Shown here piece after piece: positions 58,920 to 64,000 of a stretch of 64,000 nt of DNA. A program made the translations under genes and the position numbers. Source of the DNA: Lophium mytilinum (Eukaryota). Positions within the stretch are counted from its first letter, which is position 1, and each line of letters opens with the position of its first letter. The notes under the pieces are model-generated. The model was not told the DNA's origin and did no database searches. It saw only the letters and a list, made by a program, of their open reading frames with translations. The stretch covers positions 620,001 to 684,000 of the forward strand of contig MU004187.1 in NCBI GenBank assembly GCA_010093605.1, in the 5' to 3' direction.

Positions 58920-61784
58920 TCATAGTCCATTGTCCTTCTTGAACTTGTCCCAAGCCTCATTTAGTGTACTGAACACGGCAGCACTTATCATCCGCTGCTC
59001 CGTCGTTGCATCTTGTGGAATCTGTAATGATTAGCATAACATGATAGAAGAAGAAGAGGAGAATCTTACTTTGTCAGGGTGGACCTTGGCAATGGCCTTC
59101 ATGTAAGCGATCTTGACCTTATTTGGCATTACAAGATCGCCCATGCCGACCTTCTTCCACCCAGCCTCAGGCCATAGAACATTATCTAATGACCCGAGAA
59201 GCGCTCTCAAGTTGTCCGATTTAGTGCCTTTCCACATAATGAGCTTTGCGTCTACCTGGTCTGTCAACGCGAACTTTTCGTCGTCAGCCTTGTCCGCTGC
59301 AGCGTTGGCCTCTTTAAGCTTCTTGACAGCCTCCGACTCTGATCCAGCTGGCGCCCCTGCAAGATCTGAGAGCGCGGATCTTTTTGGAGGAGGCTTTCGC
59401 ACTGGTGCCGGTTTCGGTGTGGCTGGTTTGTTGGCGCCTCCTGCAGCGCGTTCGCATCGATTGCGGCCTTGTATGCTGATAGCGCCCCCAACACCAGCCT
59501 CGACGGCATCTTTCCATACCTTCCCAGCATCGGCCCATTTTTCCATATGCTCCAGCGCCTCCGCCTTTCGCATCAGGGCTTTTCCGAAGAACTCCTTCAT
59601 GTCCTTGTCTCCTTCTATACCCCCAAGCGAGATCTTTTCGTTCTCGCCGCGGGATGGCCCAATCGTGCCCAGCGCATTGTCGGCATCAGCAATGGCGGCT
59701 TTGGGATCGCCAACCTTGATGTTTACAAGGGCTCGGTTGCAGAAAACGATTATAGCTACAGGATGCGTCTCTGGCAAAGGAGACAGGGCGGCAGAGTAAG
59801 CGATGTGCGCCGCGTGGTAGTCGCCTCGTTTGAAGGCCTCTGATCCCTTCTTCCGATCAGATGCGGAGGATGATAAGGCCGAGGAAGAAGCAGGTGGGAT
59901 TCGCCGTGGAGGCGGCTTCGGCCGGGTGGGCAAAGGAGTGACAGATGGCGATTTTGCAACCGGTGTCACCGTTCGTTGGGCGAACGGGTTCCGCGACTCT
60001 AGGGGGGTTGGTTGACGAGAGCTGTTTGACGAGTTTGGCGTCTCGATAGGTTTGGTGTCTGTCGTAGGCCTTTTCCGTCGAGCTGGACTGACGTAGGCCT
60101 GCGCAGCTTGTTCTTCTACAGCCTGTCGCGTAAGCTTCTCTGTAGGCCGCTTCTCAAAATGCTGTGGCCGCTGTTGAGGAATTCGGGGCTGGGATAAGGG
60201 TCGTTCTGGAAGGGCAAACTCGTTTGGTCTTTTTTCCTGTTTCGACGAAGGTAGCTGTGAACTCGACGCAGGTTGGCGATGCCCCTTTTGTGGCCGAGAC
60301 ATGCCAGATTCTAGCAAAAGTGCCTCGTCGGTGACATCTAACTGAGGCTGAGGTGCCTTTTCTCTGCTCCCAGGGTTTGGACGCGCCTCTTGTTCTGCTG
60401 CAAGCTGAGCGTCTCTCATCCATTTAGGTTGGCCACTGTCACCCTCCTGTTGAAAGTCAGCCACGGCTTTTTGAACCTTCTTTTGACTAGTTTTCCACAA
60501 CGAATTTGCCGACTTGAAAAGGGTGGTCCCAATATCTGATGCGTACTGGGTGACGTCCTTCTCACCACCTGGAGACTTGTTATCTTGTCGGCGCTGAGAA
60601 GAATGGGAGCGGTCGTCCTGTCCCCTCATCCAGGCGGGGTTTCCCGCATTTGACGCTGCACTTCTACCATTGGGTCTGGAGGTTGTCCGCGGTAAATCTT
60701 CATTGTCTTCGAGGGGAGTACGACCTCGTCCATCGCGACCGCCTTGGGATTTCTGTTTGGCTTCATTGTGTGCTTGAGTGAGGAGCCATCCTACTGCAGC
60801 TTGAACGTCCGTGCCAGATTCTGTCTGTTCGAGGGCGTGGGCAGATTTGTCTGATGGGAAACCCATATCGACCAATTCTGCAACAGCCTTGTCACGGGGA
60901 TCATTGAATCCAGTGTCAGACTCGAATTTTTGTTGAGTTTCTACTGGAGTCCGCGTCCTAGTTTCAACTCGCTTTGGTGGGGCGAATTCGGATACCGGCT
61001 TTCCCAGAGCACCCAATATGTCGTCGTCATTTTCTGCTGCTATTTGTGGCACTGTAATCGACGGGCGTTGTGGCAACTGGCCCAATCCAAATGGGTCATC
61101 ATCGTCGCCGAGAAAGCTGTTGCCTTGATATTCGGGAAGCGGAGTGTGAGTTTTCGGAGTGTATGCCGCAGGTGTACTTCGACCACTTAGACCAGGTTTT
61201 GGGAAGTTGGTAGAAGCGTCGACAGGGGCGGCAGAATTAAAGGCAGAGAGCAGATCATCGTCAGCTGCCGAAGACGGCGAGGAGCGCTTCGAGGTGTCTA
61301 GTCCAGCAAAGGGCTTATTGATTGTCGCGGATAGGGTGTTGCCAGATACGTTGCCATGGCCTACTGGTGACTTTGACGGCGGAGGCGCCGCCTTGCCACT
61401 GCCCAGCGTGTCCCAAAACTGAGCGTCGTGTGCTCCAAATTGGTTGTCGTATTGTTTTTTTCTCTCCGCTTCCTGGCGCGCCTTCTCCTCCTGTAATTGT
61501 CTCTGGCGTTCCTGGAGCGAGAGATTATTTGCTGGCTTGGAATTGAGGGAGAGCAAGGTGGAAAAGCTGTCGTTCGCGGGCGTCGCTGGTTTTGAGGGTG
61601 GCTTGAGGCCGCGATTATTCGGGACAGATCCAGACTGCTGAGCGGACAGCGGTGTCGAGCGCCCGGACAGCTGAGGGGCAGGACTCTGGCGCAGAGGAGG
61701 ATAGAAGGAGGGTGGTAGGTTGTTGGTGGGAGGGGGATTGGACTTCCTGGTGGAGCTCCAGTCCAGGCCAGCTAGGTCATCCAT
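58920..61784 (-). CDS. SWA2: Auxilin-like clathrin uncoating factor (UBA, TPR and C-terminal J-domain); exons 61784-59070 and 59021-58920
   Basis: UBA (LVDMGF...AVGWLL), TPRs (GSEAFKRGDY..A, CNRAL, KALMRKAEALE), J-domain HPDK continued in exon 2 (LNEAWDKF); DDDPF/DDLL clathrin-adaptor-type motifs. Confidence 0.9.
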
Positions 61785-64000
61785 CGTAAAGGCGCACACG
61801 CATTACCTTTGTAGCAGAGAGCAAAGCGTCATGAGCATCTCGAAGTGGTGCGGTGTGATGAAGTTGAGGCTGACACCGCCACATCTCCAATCAGCCACAC
61901 CCCGTGACAGCCGCCCAGGTGAGGTCGACCCGACTTCAGTGGATGTTTGCCATGAGACCAATTGACCCCCACTTACTCGTTTGAATTGTACAAATCAGCA
62001 TCGCTCCAGTCACATGCTTCGCTACAAGATTGGTGCTATGCATGAAAGTAACGCGTGACGTTCAGCCCTGTTATTCAAAGGTGCCTTTTGTCGGCGTCTT
62101 CCGTCAAGATCAGGGTCCACCCTTCTCGCTACCAATATCACTAAACATATAGCGAGCTTGTAACTAGCAGGTTTTGGTATTCAACATTACGCGCATAATG
62201 CGGCTGGAAATCACTCTTGAAGACCCAACATGGCCTCCAGGCAGTTCCCACCATTCGTCCCCACTCCCCAGACTGTGCAAGGCAACTCAGCCAGGCCACT
62301 TTACATATAGAAAGAATGATCAACACGTTTGCTTTAACTTGACAGCGGTAAGAGAGCACTGCAGTGTACACGGATTTGCAGTGCCAGCTGTTGGCAGCCT
62401 TTTGCTGGATTATCTAGTTTCGTGAATGTCAAGACATGTCAGTGTGGGTATCCCAGCAAGCACGGATTTACCTCAGTGACCTAGATTCAAATAACCTAGC
62501 CGGCGAAGTTGGAACCATCCAGAATACAATTGACCAAGTAGCGGTCCAGCAGTGCAGCCAATTGTATGCCTCCTAGCCAGTTGGAATCCCAGTTTTTCAC
62601 GCTGGCAGGCGCTGTCAAGGTGCGTGCAGCAGCTGGGAGCCTTCAGACGGCCCGTGAAGGCGGGTGTATGGCGCACATCAGAGACGGCCGGGCGGTCCCG
62701 TTCGCGGGACAGATTGCGCACAATTGGCCATCGCAAGCGACGATAAGCCAGGTCTGGCTCTGCGGTTGCTGCTCCGTGCGGATGAAGCGCTTCGTGGCAG
62801 AGGCATTTGTTTGTAGAGCGAGTGGACGTAGGGCGGCGACATGTCCACGCAATATTCGAGAATCGAGACACGCGTCACGCTTTTCTCACGACGGCGGACG
62901 GAGCATCGTTGTTGCATGCTGACGCGGAAGCGGAAGCTGCTCCCACTGCGAATCTACCGAGACGGAAGGCGTGGCTCGAGTCGGGCAGGCAGCGTGTCGG
63001 CGAGATAGGCAAGTGCGCCTGGCCTGGTGGGCATTCTTCTGTGCTTCGAGAAGTCATGACTCTTGTCGGCGCATGCGTCCTGCAGTTGCCGGACAGGGAA
63101 GAAATGCACCCCCAGGACCTGCCGTTTGCGTCCAACGTGCCTCCCAGCATCTCACAATTCGCGTGGTGTTGGTGCCATGTGGTATCGCCAGCACGGCATC
63201 TCTGAGTGTAAAGGCAGCTTCTCCGGCGGTGTTGGGTGTGGGTTGAGGCTCCCACGGTGCCACCACTCTGCGAACTGACTTTGACGGCGCGGGGTCTAGC
63301 GAGCCAAGGTTCGGCGAGCCGAGTCGCCTAAAGTTAATGCATCGGGCGCAATTGGCTTTCTGCTTGCGTCTGCACCTCAACACCACGCGCGAACCGCGGG
63401 GGAGGCATACACATTCTCCATAGCCGGGACGCTGCACGCGATGCCCTGCGCCGTGAAGCTGTGCAAGCCGGTGCAGTCTGCTGCCCGAGTGCCCGGATGG
63501 AGCCGTCTTGGTGCTACTGTAGATGTACCGCTCGGACGAGGCTGGCAGCGTGACTCGTGCCGCAGCCAGGCTCGGGCGTCCGCCCCTGATGAAGCCGTTG
63601 GAGGCCTGCCCACTGTGGCCGCGTTGAGGTGTTTTGGCGGTCCCAGAGCCAGACCGGAGGGCCGCTGGCTTGTCGATCCACCACAGTGCTGAGCGCTGGG
63701 ACCTGCAGAGGGATCTGAGCGCTCCGGCAAGGAGTTGGGCCAACCCTGAACCCGGCGCTGAAGCCGCAAGAGGGCCCTCGACTGCCCGGCAGCTTTCTTT
63801 CCAGGCCTCGTTGCCGAACCACCACAATAATCCCCAGCACCGCAGCCACTAAACCCACAAGCCCTGCAGTCCGCTCCACCCACAACTTCCCTACCTGCTA
63901 GCTGGTGCAAAGGGCTGATCCACCTACTCGCTGCCCAGGAGCACGCTTTTCCCGCATCCACACTCCATATACGCGCCGACAGTCTCTCTCCGCCGCCCTC

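Noticed and set aside
62100..64000. Cluster of 60-257-aa ORFs on both strands
   Set aside because: No domain signal or coding-like composition; most likely a long GC-rich upstream region of a gene beyond the window.

Overview
Gene-dense eukaryotic DNA from a filamentous ascomycete (short GT-AG introns with CTRAC branch points and a RIP-scarred transposon; Dothideomycete-like is my inference). I can support about 25 protein-coding loci, one intron-containing tRNA-Trp and one non-autonomous DNA transposon with an 8-bp target-site duplication and a nested inverted repeat. Housekeeping genes include CDC16/APC6, YJU2, FAL1/eIF4A-III, a GCP5-like gamma-tubulin complex subunit, an ARO8-like aminotransferase, a PQ-loop transporter and auxilin-like SWA2. 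The most unusual items: (1) an intronless fusion of homoserine kinase to AIR synthetase (PurM); (2) an AAA+ ATPase whose frame opens with a GUG in strong Kozak context encoding a histone-H3-tail-like N-terminus (ARTK...APRR.LAS); (3) a tandem pair of orphan tail-anchored proteins sharing a PWWP/Tudor-like domain; (4) a 3-exon, 6-cysteine small secreted protein only partly captured by the ORF track; (5) a frameshifted bacterial-type HemG-like flavodoxin; (6) a tRNA-Trp with an A31.C39 anticodon-stem mismatch. Exon boundaries were derived by eye and no database searches were run.
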